Shown piece after piece: positions 1 to 6,856 of a stretch of DNA of 24,173 bases (position 1 is its first letter; each line of letters starts with the position of its first letter). The DNA is taken from the IMG/VR virus record IMGVR_UViG_3300025083_003778, positions 1 through 24,173 of that record; one strand, written 5' to 3'. Made by a program: the position numbers and the translations under genes. This stretch comes from a virus. Taxonomy: Duplodnaviria > Caudoviricetes. Under the pieces are notes generated by a model. That model was not told the origin of the DNA. It saw only the letters and a list, made by a program, of their open reading frames with translations, and did not search any database.

Positions 1-2
1 GC

Positions 3-545
3 ACTGGCACTGTTACTTTAACAAAGGATGAGACTAAACAGATACGTGATTTGGTTAAAACGGCTGACACAATAAAAATTAATTACAAGGAGCTGCCATT
101 AGACCTTCTTAACATTTACGCTAACTCGGAGATTCAACAAGGTAAGTTTTTAGAGGATGCAGAAATGTCGTATAATGGATTTACTGACTGGTTTAATACT
201 AGAATGAGTAAAGAGATTGATAAACGTAAATCTAAAGCTGGTAAACTTAAAGTAGAGGAGAGTTTTAAGAAGAAATTAGCAGAAATACGTAATGATAAAG
301 AAGACATCGTTAATCTTTTTAAGGTGAGTAAGCTACTTTCACAAGCAAAGCAAATTTTTATTAACAAATATAATAACGCGGTATATAACACTAAACACTT
401 TTTAGATGCAGAAGACGGAACGCTTAAGGTGACTAACCCAGAAGGTTATGTCGCGGTAAGTAAGGATGGTAATGCAATAAAATTAGTCGATAGACTTGAA
501 TTTAGTAGAGCAAACTTTAACGCTGGGAAACCAGGAGCAAAATAA
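3..545 (+). CDS. C-terminal part of DUF6267-like T4-type phage protein (5' truncated by window edge)
   Basis: Frame is open from base 3 (ACT GGC ACT...), so TTG at 51 is not the true start. The C-terminal motif TNPEGYVA...GNAIKLVDRLEFSRANF and the position before a cytidyltransferase are typical of this family in marine T4-like phages. Confidence 0.7.
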   Translation, partial: TGTVTLTKDETKQIRDLVKTADTIKINYKELPLDLLNIYANSEIQQGKFLEDAEMSYNGFTDWFNTRMSKEIDKRKSKAGKLKVEESFKKKLAEIRNDKEDIVNLFKVSKLLSQAKQIFINKYNNAVYNTKHFLDAEDGTLKVTNPEGYVAVSKDGNAIKLVDRLEFSRANFNAGKPGAK

Positions 546-766
546 TGAGTAAAGATCAAGTAGCAGAACTAAGAGAAGATATAAGACGTCTAAATCAGAC
601 TATTATTAGTGAGTGTAAGGATATTCATAACAGAATAAATCCTGTCGCAGAGGATTTAAAGGTTGTGGTAGATAAAACTAACAGACACGATAAGATTATA
701 TGGGCTACTGTAGCAGGTATTATAACTGTATCTGGTATGTTTGCTAAAATTCTACTTTTACCGTAA
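545..766 (+). CDS. small coiled-coil protein with C-terminal transmembrane helix
   Basis: TAATG coupling at both ends; heptad-like N-terminus; hydrophobic IIWATVAGIITVSGMFAKILLLP end. Confidence 0.65.
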   Translation: MSKDQVAELREDIRRLNQTIISECKDIHNRINPVAEDLKVVVDKTNRHDKIIWATVAGIITVSGMFAKILLLP

Positions 767-1341
767 TGAAGACGTTTAGAGAATATTACGAAGATGGCGA
801 GCACCAAAGGGATAGGAAGAGGGTAGCTATTTTACCCGGTGGATTTAAGCCGCCTACTCGTGGACATTTTCTCGCCATGCAAGATTTACTTAACGATGCA
901 GATAGTGGTATTGTATATATAGGTAAAGGGGAGCGCGATGGTATTGATGCATCTAAGTCTAAAGCTATCTGGGATACATATAAAAATTATCTTAGTAAGC
1001 CTACAGAAATTTACCTATCCCCTATTTCACCGGTAAAGGATACTTATGATTTTGCTTTAGAAAATGATAATGTTGATATTATTGTAGGCGCTGGTGGTCC
1101 TCGTAAGCTTAAAGATGGTACTTTTACAGATGGTGATATGAAGCGGTATGAGTCATTCACTAAAAATAAAGAGAAGTACCCACACGTTAGTTTAAAAGAA
1201 ATTGAATCTAAAGAAGATATAAAGGGTGAGAATGTAAGAAATGCTATCAAAGATGATATCGATGTAGCAATAGAGAACTACTTTCCTGATGTACTCAACG
1301 AGACAGATAAAGATACCATAAAGTCAATACTTCAAGCATAA
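766..1341 (+). CDS. cytidyltransferase-like (HIGH-family nucleotidyltransferase)
   Basis: VAILPGGFKPPTRGH motif (HxGH variant TxGH); typical T4-like phage context after DUF6267. Confidence 0.8.
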   Translation: MKTFREYYEDGEHQRDRKRVAILPGGFKPPTRGHFLAMQDLLNDADSGIVYIGKGERDGIDASKSKAIWDTYKNYLSKPTEIYLSPISPVKDTYDFALENDNVDIIVGAGGPRKLKDGTFTDGDMKRYESFTKNKEKYPHVSLKEIESKEDIKGENVRNAIKDDIDVAIENYFPDVLNETDKDTIKSILQA

Positions 1342-1344
1342 ATA
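1337..1344 (+). promoter_or_regulatory. T4-late-like promoter CATAAATA
   Basis: 7/8 match to TATAAATA; TAAATA ends 5 nt before ATG 1350. Confidence 0.6.
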
Positions 1345-1349
1345 TACAT

Positions 1350-1763
1350 ATGAGTGAGAGAAGTGATAGAGCTAGCTTACAAGAAGCTTACGAATCTGTA
1401 AACGAAATGGCTGGTGGAGCTCCTATTATAGCTGTAACTGGTTTAGAACCACAACAACAACCTAGTGGGTGTGGTTGTAGCGGTAATGAATGTAACTGCG
1501 ATAGTCACGATCATGATGGTGAGGATCACGATAATTCCGAAATTCACATGGCAAAAGCAGAACTTAAAAAAGCTGCTGATTATGCTACCCAGCTTTCAGC
1601 TATGATGGATAATTTAGATGGTCTAGAAGGCTGGACTGCATCGAAAATTACCAAAGCAGCTGATTATCTTTCTTCCGTATACCATTGGTTAGATTATGAT
1701 CATAATAAGGATCAAGACCCAGGGATGTTCAACGTAGGATGCGAGGACAGCCCTGAGCATTAA
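1350..1763 (+). CDS. acidic hypothetical phage protein with Cys/His-rich segment, possible internal head protein
   Basis: Late-type promoter; helical block MAKAELKKAADYA...LEGWTASKITKAADYLSSVYHWLDY recalled from T4-like phage hypotheticals; CGCSGNECNCDSHDHDGEDHD insert. Confidence 0.7.
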   Translation: MSERSDRASLQEAYESVNEMAGGAPIIAVTGLEPQQQPSGCGCSGNECNCDSHDHDGEDHDNSEIHMAKAELKKAADYATQLSAMMDNLDGLEGWTASKITKAADYLSSVYHWLDYDHNKDQDPGMFNVGCEDSPEH

Positions 1764-1789
1764 TATATGGTATAGTATACAATAATAAA

Positions 1790-2230
1790 ATGAAAAGCTT
1801 CCTCCAATATATACAAGAAAAATCAGTGCTCGGTTTAATTGAGTTCTTTGATATAGATGGTGTAGGAAAAACACCTGCTAAGTTAGACTCAGGTAACGGT
1901 GCATATAATGTACTACATGGTGAAGACATTCAAGAACAGGGTAATAAAGTATTCTTTAGGACTGTTAACGGGAAGACCTTACTTAAGGATAAGAAGGGTG
2001 AGATAACCATTAATGTAGGTGCTGGTAATTCTGAGCATAGACCTGTAGTTAATTTCGATTTTAAAATAGGTAATAAGGAATTTAAAGATATTCCTTTCTC
2101 TATAGGTAACAGGTCGAGTAACTTATATAAAATACTTGTAGGTAAAGATTTTATTGAAAATAAGCTCGACGCGTTAATTGATGTCAGTAAGGAGAATATA
2201 GCCGACGAGGATTTAGATGTAAAGTATTAA
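1790..2230 (+). CDS. retropepsin-like aspartic protease (RimK-associated 'ATP-dependent Zn protease' family)
   Basis: PAKLDSGNG (cf. AKIDTGA), EHRPVV, and NRSSNLYKILVGKDFI (cf. DRS.M.YP.LLGR) motifs. Confidence 0.75.
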   Translation: MKSFLQYIQEKSVLGLIEFFDIDGVGKTPAKLDSGNGAYNVLHGEDIQEQGNKVFFRTVNGKTLLKDKKGEITINVGAGNSEHRPVVNFDFKIGNKEFKDIPFSIGNRSSNLYKILVGKDFIENKLDALIDVSKENIADEDLDVKY

Positions 2231-2757
2231 TACCAATCTGGTATATAGCGCTCAGTCCATGTAGCAAAAGGTTTATCACAACGAATATACTCTCTATATT
2301 TTTCAATAGTTGAAAGATCGTCAAAACCTTTAACTTTTCTACAATCACAATCAGTATTAATAGCTATAGCATAATCAGTTAATCCGGTTTTACTGGTAAT
2401 AGTATTATGGATATTTTTACTACACCATTCAATAAACGTTTTTGTAAAATGTTCTTTTGAATCCGGCCACCTATACATACGTTCTGTAAACATCTCTAAC
2501 GTATGATCAACTAACCACTTAAAATTATCTTTAGTTTCTCTAGCCCATATAGAACATTGATGATTAAAATAGCCCTTACCTCTTCTTCGAGGTTTACCGG
2601 TTGATGTTCTAGGTGTAGATGGGTGATCTAACAACTCTTGTGGGAATGCATGGGCTAGCATAATAGCCCCTTCTATTTGCATCTTCGATCTTACGTGCTG
2701 ATCGCAAAGATTAAAAGTAGAGTAAGCGGGATCATCATCAGTTACAAAGATATTCAT
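2227..2757 (-). CDS. pyrimidine dimer DNA glycosylase / endonuclease V family protein
   Basis: MNIFVTDDDP...CDQHV..KM.IE.A.ML, NHQCSIWARE..NFKWL and terminal YR.Y...K.FATW...PDW motifs of the Pyr_excise-type family. Confidence 0.8.
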   Translation of the reverse strand: MNIFVTDDDPAYSTFNLCDQHVRSKMQIEGAIMLAHAFPQELLDHPSTPRTSTGKPRRRGKGYFNHQCSIWARETKDNFKWLVDHTLEMFTERMYRWPDSKEHFTKTFIEWCSKNIHNTITSKTGLTDYAIAINTDCDCRKVKGFDDLSTIEKYREYIRCDKPFATWTERYIPDWY

Positions 2758-2762
2758 AACTA

Positions 2763-2790
2763 ATTATATGATAGTTCCATTTTTTATAAA
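2763..2790 (-). promoter_or_regulatory. sigma70-like promoter TTTATA-N16-TATAAT for the glycosylase gene
   Basis: Perfect TATAAT (2768-2763) 5 nt from ATG 2757; weak -35 at 16-nt spacing; GAACTAT just upstream of the -10. Confidence 0.55.
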
Positions 2791-2816
2791 ACATAGCAGT
2801 ATAAGAGGTAAAAACG

Positions 2817-2824
2817 AATAAATA
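2817..2824 (+). promoter_or_regulatory. T4-late-like promoter AATAAATA
   Basis: TAAATA 2819-2824, 5 nt before ATG 2830. Confidence 0.6.
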
Positions 2825-2829
2825 TCAAC

Positions 2830-3795
2830 ATGAGAAAGTTATCTCAAAAAGAATTAACTAATGAAGGTATAGGTAGCTTTTTAAAAAATGTTGGTAAAGG
2901 AGCTGCTGTTGTAGCCGGCAAAGCACTTAAAGGAGTTGCTAAGGCAGCATCACCTACAGCATATGGGTTGGCCCAGCAAGCCGGTAAAGCATTTAAAGAT
3001 ACAGATCAAGCAGTACGATCTGCAACTATGACACCAGAGGAAAGAATAGAGGATTATTTTAAGGATCAGAGCTATATAGTAAAAAGTATTAACCCCGGTG
3101 TATCGGATGATACAAAAGTAGTAAAAGTAAGTGAGATAGTATACAATGATGACGGGTCGGCTAACGAGGTTCCGACACCTTCACCGTTTGTTGTTAAGGT
3201 TAAAAAGCAGGGAATTGAGACTGTACGTGGACCACGGACTAGAAATCCAGCTGGTAAAGTACCTAAAAACAAAGATAACTCAAAACCAGAGCCTGAGCCT
3301 ACACCAGCTCCAGCTCCTACACCAGCTCCAGCTCCTACACCAGCTCCTACACCAGCTCCAACTCCTACACCTGGACGTGACGGTAAAGATGGTAAAGATG
3401 GTAAAGATGGTGCCGCGGTACCATCTCCAAGTCCTCCGAAACCAGAACCAAAACCAGACCCTGACTTAGTTACTATATCAAACTTTAAACAAAAATCTAA
3501 AGAATATAGGGCTACTTTAGGTGATGAGGGTATATCACACGGTTATGTAGGTGTTAAAGAATTTTTTAAGGATTTGGCAAAAAAATCCGGTAAAGATAAG
3601 GTAGCAAAAAGACCTGATGAATACCTAAGGAAAAATAACCTATCCCCAAAAGATCCTAACTTTTTTTCCAATAAAGAGCTACAATCTCTCGCTGTTAAAC
3701 TCAAGGAAGATGGTATTTTAAAAGAAAGTCAAAAAAGTTTGCTGAAACACTTGCATTCCGGTTCTAGAATGAATAAGTGGTTAGTAGGACGATAA
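2830..3795 (+). CDS. Pro/Thr/Ala-repeat and short collagen-like (Gly-X-Y) protein, possibly virion-associated
   Basis: 321-aa ORF with KPEPEPTPAPAPTPAPAPTPAPTPAPTPTP, GRDGKDGKDGKDG and PSPSPPKPEPKPDPD; late-type promoter. Confidence 0.75.
   Translation: MRKLSQKELTNEGIGSFLKNVGKGAAVVAGKALKGVAKAASPTAYGLAQQAGKAFKDTDQAVRSATMTPEERIEDYFKDQSYIVKSINPGVSDDTKVVKVSEIVYNDDGSANEVPTPSPFVVKVKKQGIETVRGPRTRNPAGKVPKNKDNSKPEPEPTPAPAPTPAPAPTPAPTPAPTPTPGRDGKDGKDGKDGAAVPSPSPPKPEPKPDPDLVTISNFKQKSKEYRATLGDEGISHGYVGVKEFFKDLAKKSGKDKVAKRPDEYLRKNNLSPKDPNFFSNKELQSLAVKLKEDGILKESQKSLLKHLHSGSRMNKWLVGR
3298..3372 (+). repeat. coding tandem repeat CCTACACCAGCT(CCAGCT) encoding PTPA(PA)
   Basis: Two 18-bp units (3298-3333), two 12-bp units (3334-3357), then degenerate copies. 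Confidence 0.9.
3382..3411 (+). repeat. coding tandem repeat (GGTAAAGAT)x3 encoding GKD triplets
   Basis: Three exact 9-bp copies at 3382, 3391 and 3400. Confidence 0.9.
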
Positions 3796-3844
3796 GAGAA
3801 ACCTATATTTCTAAATCTAATGCTCTATATTTAATATATTTCAG

Positions 3845-3872
3845 TTGAATTTCATCGTTTGTTGTTTATACT
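3845..3872 (+). promoter_or_regulatory. sigma70-like promoter TTGAAT-N16-TATACT
   Basis: Same 16-nt spacing as the other promoters in the window; lies in the 130-bp intergenic gap. Confidence 0.55.
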
Positions 3873-3884
3873 TGAACTGCAGGT

Positions 3885-3926
3885 ATGAATAAGATAGAAC
3901 TAACTACCATTAATAGATTTAATTAA
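3885..3926 (+). CDS. 13-aa mini-ORF (MNKIELTTINRFN) coupled to the downstream glycosyltransferase
   Basis: First ATG after the promoter; its TAA overlaps ATG 3926 (TAATG). Confidence 0.3.
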   Translation: MNKIELTTINRFN

Positions 3927-4615
3927 TGATATCTGTAGTTACATTAACATATAAAAGAGGTCATCTGTTAGAAGAGGCAATAGAATCGTTCTTGCAACAA
4001 GATCAAGCGGACTGTGAGATGGTAATAATTAACGATGATGTTGATGTTAAGTATACATGTGAAGATAGTAGGATAAAAATATATAATCTAGCTAAAAGAT
4101 ATACTTCAATAATAAGTAAGTTACAGTTAGGGTTTTTCTTAGCTACGAACGAGTATATGTTTAGATTGGATGATGATGATCTACTTTCAGAGCATTGTTT
4201 AAGAGACGCAAAGAATGCTATAAAGGAAAATCCTGGGTATGATATATACCGGTCTAAGAATCATTATTATTTTGTAAATAATATTTTTAATTGTATATCA
4301 AGTAATATAAACAACGGTAACATTTATACAAAGGATTTTATATCAAAACTAGAATGGACGGATCCGGGAATCGCTGAAGACGTTTGGCTTACATTTGAAT
4401 GTGGTGGTTCGATATATGAATATTCAGATATATCAATGCTGTATAGGTGGGGTATGTCGACGTATCACATATCAGGATTAGGTAATTATTACGTCGATCC
4501 GGAAGATGCGTTAAAAAGTCTATCAGCTCTAGATACAAAAAAAGGTAAAATTGAACTTAAACCAAATTTTGCAAATAATTATTACGAGCAAGTTAGTCAA
4601 AATAATTCAATTTAA
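3926..4615 (+). CDS. glycosyltransferase family 2 (GT-A)
   Basis: MISVVTLTYKR..LLEEAIESFLQQ, EMVIIND, RLDDDD and EDVWL motifs. Confidence 0.85.
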   Translation: MISVVTLTYKRGHLLEEAIESFLQQDQADCEMVIINDDVDVKYTCEDSRIKIYNLAKRYTSIISKLQLGFFLATNEYMFRLDDDDLLSEHCLRDAKNAIKENPGYDIYRSKNHYYFVNNIFNCISSNINNGNIYTKDFISKLEWTDPGIAEDVWLTFECGGSIYEYSDISMLYRWGMSTYHISGLGNYYVDPEDALKSLSALDTKKGKIELKPNFANNYYEQVSQNNSI

Positions 4616-4618
4616 AAT

Positions 4619-4646
4619 TTGATTTTATCGTAGAGTATATCATAAT
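4619..4646 (+). promoter_or_regulatory. sigma70-like promoter TTGATT-N16-CATAAT
   Basis: -10 ends 6 nt before queD ATG 4653. Confidence 0.55.
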
Positions 4647-4652
4647 AATAGT

Positions 4653-5288
4653 ATGAGATTCACCAGTAATAAAAAAATTAATTTAGGATCTTCAGCTTTT
4701 AGGCAATGGAGATCAACTCACAGTCACTGTCAATTTGTTCACGGTTATAATTTAACGGCAGATATTACTTTTGAATGCGATAATCTAGATGAACGTAACT
4801 GGGTAATGGATTTTGGTGGTTTAAAGGATCTCAAAAAAACTTTAGAACATACTTTTGATCATAAACTAGTTGTTGCAGGAGATGATCCTCAACTTGACTT
4901 ATTTAAACAACTTGATGCTGTTGGTGTTGCTGAAGTGGTTGTTTTAGATGGCGGTGTTGGATGTGAGCGATTTGCTGAGTTTGTGTTGAAGACTGCTGAT
5001 ACCTTTGTTGACGAACTTACAAACGGAAGAGTAAGAGTACAAAGCGTACAAATTAACGAGCATGATAGTAATTTTGCAACATGTTATAGAAATGATAAGA
5101 AAGAAGTTACAGTTCAAGAGTTTGTAACAGGTGCTACTAATTCTATAGATGTTAAGTTTGAAGAGGTACCGGAGCAAAGTGATACTACAACCACAACTAC
5201 CGGTAATGTAGCTAATCCAGCTAAAGTGGGACCTGGTACTAAGTCTAACAGTATGGGTAATCCGTTTGCAGGTACTTCGTGGGGCTAA
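4653..5288 (+). CDS. queD: 6-carboxy-5,6,7,8-tetrahydropterin synthase (QueD/PTPS) with C-terminal low-complexity extension
   Basis: SHCQFVHGYN, LDERNWVMDFGGLKDLK..LE..FDH and GCERFAE motifs; clustered with queE and folE2. Confidence 0.9.
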   Translation: MRFTSNKKINLGSSAFRQWRSTHSHCQFVHGYNLTADITFECDNLDERNWVMDFGGLKDLKKTLEHTFDHKLVVAGDDPQLDLFKQLDAVGVAEVVVLDGGVGCERFAEFVLKTADTFVDELTNGRVRVQSVQINEHDSNFATCYRNDKKEVTVQEFVTGATNSIDVKFEEVPEQSDTTTTTTGNVANPAKVGPGTKSNSMGNPFAGTSWG

Positions 5289-6001
5289 CTATCTAGTACA
5301 TTACATATAAAGCGTAAGATCTTACTACGTACAATTTCTCTTATACCGAACTTGTATGCATATATACCATTACTTTCACATTCTTCAGTATTGAATTTTT
5401 TAAAAGTATCTTCAAATCCAGTCTTACGTACATCTGATTGCTTACAATCACCAGCTACAATATATTTTGTATCACGACCAAATCTAGTTAAGATTGTTGT
5501 AAGTTCTCCTTGAGATAAATTCTGCGATTCATCTACAATTATAACACTGTTGTTAAATGTTAGACCTCTAACGAAGTTAACTGGTATAGCGTCTATCAAT
5601 CCTTTTTGTTTAAGCATAGAGCATGCACCTTCCCCAGCAATCTCTCTTACCTTTTCCAATAAAGGCATAGCATATGGTGAAAACTTATCATCAACTTCGC
5701 CAGGTAACGATCCAAGACTTCTTTCTGCTGATTCTACTACAGATCTAATATAGATAATTTTTTCTATCGCACCCTCTTTAAGTAGCTCTAATGCAGCATA
5801 TACGGCTATGTATGTTTTGGCTGTACCAGCCGGACCATCAACAAATGATATTTTAGTATTATTATCAATAATACTTTCATAAAATTCCTTATGTTTAGGA
5901 TTAAAATAAAAAGGTCTCTTTATTTTAAAATTAAGTAACCAATTGGTACTAAACTCTTCTTCTAATATCTCGACAGGTTTTCGAGCAGCTTTTCGACTCA
6001 T
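5285..6001 (-). CDS. phoH: PhoH-family ATPase
   Basis: GPAGTAKT Walker A, RSVVE...LGSLPG...KF.PY, RGLTF, DESQN and GD..QSD motifs. Confidence 0.92.
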   Translation of the reverse strand: MSRKAARKPVEILEEEFSTNWLLNFKIKRPFYFNPKHKEFYESIIDNNTKISFVDGPAGTAKTYIAVYAALELLKEGAIEKIIYIRSVVESAERSLGSLPGEVDDKFSPYAMPLLEKVREIAGEGACSMLKQKGLIDAIPVNFVRGLTFNNSVIIVDESQNLSQGELTTILTRFGRDTKYIVAGDCKQSDVRKTGFEDTFKKFNTEECESNGIYAYKFGIREIVRSKILRFICNVLDS

Positions 6002-6008
6002 TCTAAAA

Positions 6009-6016
6009 TATTTATA
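6009..6016 (-). promoter_or_regulatory. T4 late promoter consensus TATAAATA for phoH
   Basis: Perfect 8/8 match on the minus strand, 7 nt before phoH ATG. Confidence 0.7.
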
Positions 6017-6044
6017 TTGTAATCTGGAAATGCTATACTATAAT
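6017..6044 (+). promoter_or_regulatory. sigma70-like promoter TTGTAA-N16-TATAAT for queE
   Basis: Perfect -10 ends 6 nt before ATG 6051. Confidence 0.65.
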
Positions 6045-6050
6045 AGGTAT

Positions 6051-6809
6051 ATGGACTTAGATAAAGAGACTTTGATCTTATCAGACGATAAGATTTTCTA
6101 TACTATAGAAGGGGAAGGTGAATATGTCGGAAAGCGCTCGCTGTTTATGAGAATGGCAATGTGTAATTTAACTTGTATCGGTTTTGCTAGTGAGGACTCT
6201 CCTCATGGATGTGATTCTTTTATATCTTGGTCTGTAAAGAATAAGATGACATTTAGAGAGATCTTTCTTATGATGGAAGATAATAACTGGATTGAAAAGC
6301 TTGAGAAAGGTACAATCTGGAAACTAACTGGTGGTGAACCTCTTATTCAACAGAAACAACTACTTAAACTAGTCGATGAGTTTATTTATCGATATGGGTT
6401 TACTCCTAAAATTGACTTTGAGACTAATGCTACTCTTATGCCTAATGAACGTTGGAAGAATGAGTTTGGTGCTACATTTACTACCTCACCTAAGTTAACT
6501 ACAAACGGTGATCCTGAAGAGAAGACTTATAAGCCTGAAGTATTAAAGTATCATAGTGAGATTGGCTCAGGGTTTAAATTTGTTATTAGTGATCCAGCTG
6601 CAGATATTGAAGAGATATGGCGAAAATATGTTCAAGACGATTACGGTATTAATGTTAGTCGTGATCGTATATGGTTTATGCCAGTGGCTGGATCCCGTAA
6701 AGAGCATATTGAGAATGCAGAAGCGGTGGTTGAGTATGCTAAATCTATGCATGTTAATTTTTCACCACGATTGCATTTATTAGTTTGGGATATGGCTCTT
6801 AAGGTTTAA
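6051..6809 (+). CDS. queE: 7-carboxy-7-deazaguanine synthase (radical SAM QueE)
   Basis: IFYTIEGEG..VG..SLFMR..CNLTC...CDS, LTGGEPL, ETN, SPKL, FKFVI and FSPRLH motifs. Start moved to ATG 6051 because the track's 5943 start overlaps phoH and the promoters. Confidence 0.9.
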   Translation: MDLDKETLILSDDKIFYTIEGEGEYVGKRSLFMRMAMCNLTCIGFASEDSPHGCDSFISWSVKNKMTFREIFLMMEDNNWIEKLEKGTIWKLTGGEPLIQQKQLLKLVDEFIYRYGFTPKIDFETNATLMPNERWKNEFGATFTTSPKLTTNGDPEEKTYKPEVLKYHSEIGSGFKFVISDPAADIEEIWRKYVQDDYGINVSRDRIWFMPVAGSRKEHIENAEAVVEYAKSMHVNFSPRLHLLVWDMALKV

Positions 6810-6820
6810 CAAATAAATAG

Positions 6821-6848
6821 TTGATAACCTTTACATTAATTTTATAAT
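6821..6848 (+). promoter_or_regulatory. sigma70-like promoter TTGATA-N16-TATAAT for folE2
   Basis: Near-consensus hexamers; 8 nt before ATG 6857. Confidence 0.7.
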
Positions 6849-6856
6849 ATAGTTGT

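Noticed and set aside
545-766. Holin call for the small TM protein
   Set aside because: Single C-terminal TM helix and no adjacent endolysin; evidence is insufficient.
3298-3411. Tandem repeats as a possible CRISPR array or DGR repeat
   Set aside because: Units are 9-18 bp, in frame, without unique spacers; no cas or reverse transcriptase nearby.
3146-3469. 107-aa alternative-frame ORF with LHQLQL repeats
   Set aside because: Shadow of the PTPA/GKD repeats in another frame; no independent start signals.
5943-6050. N-terminal extension of QueE in the ORF track
   Set aside because: Overlaps the phoH start and both promoters; QueE similarity and promoter geometry point to ATG 6051.
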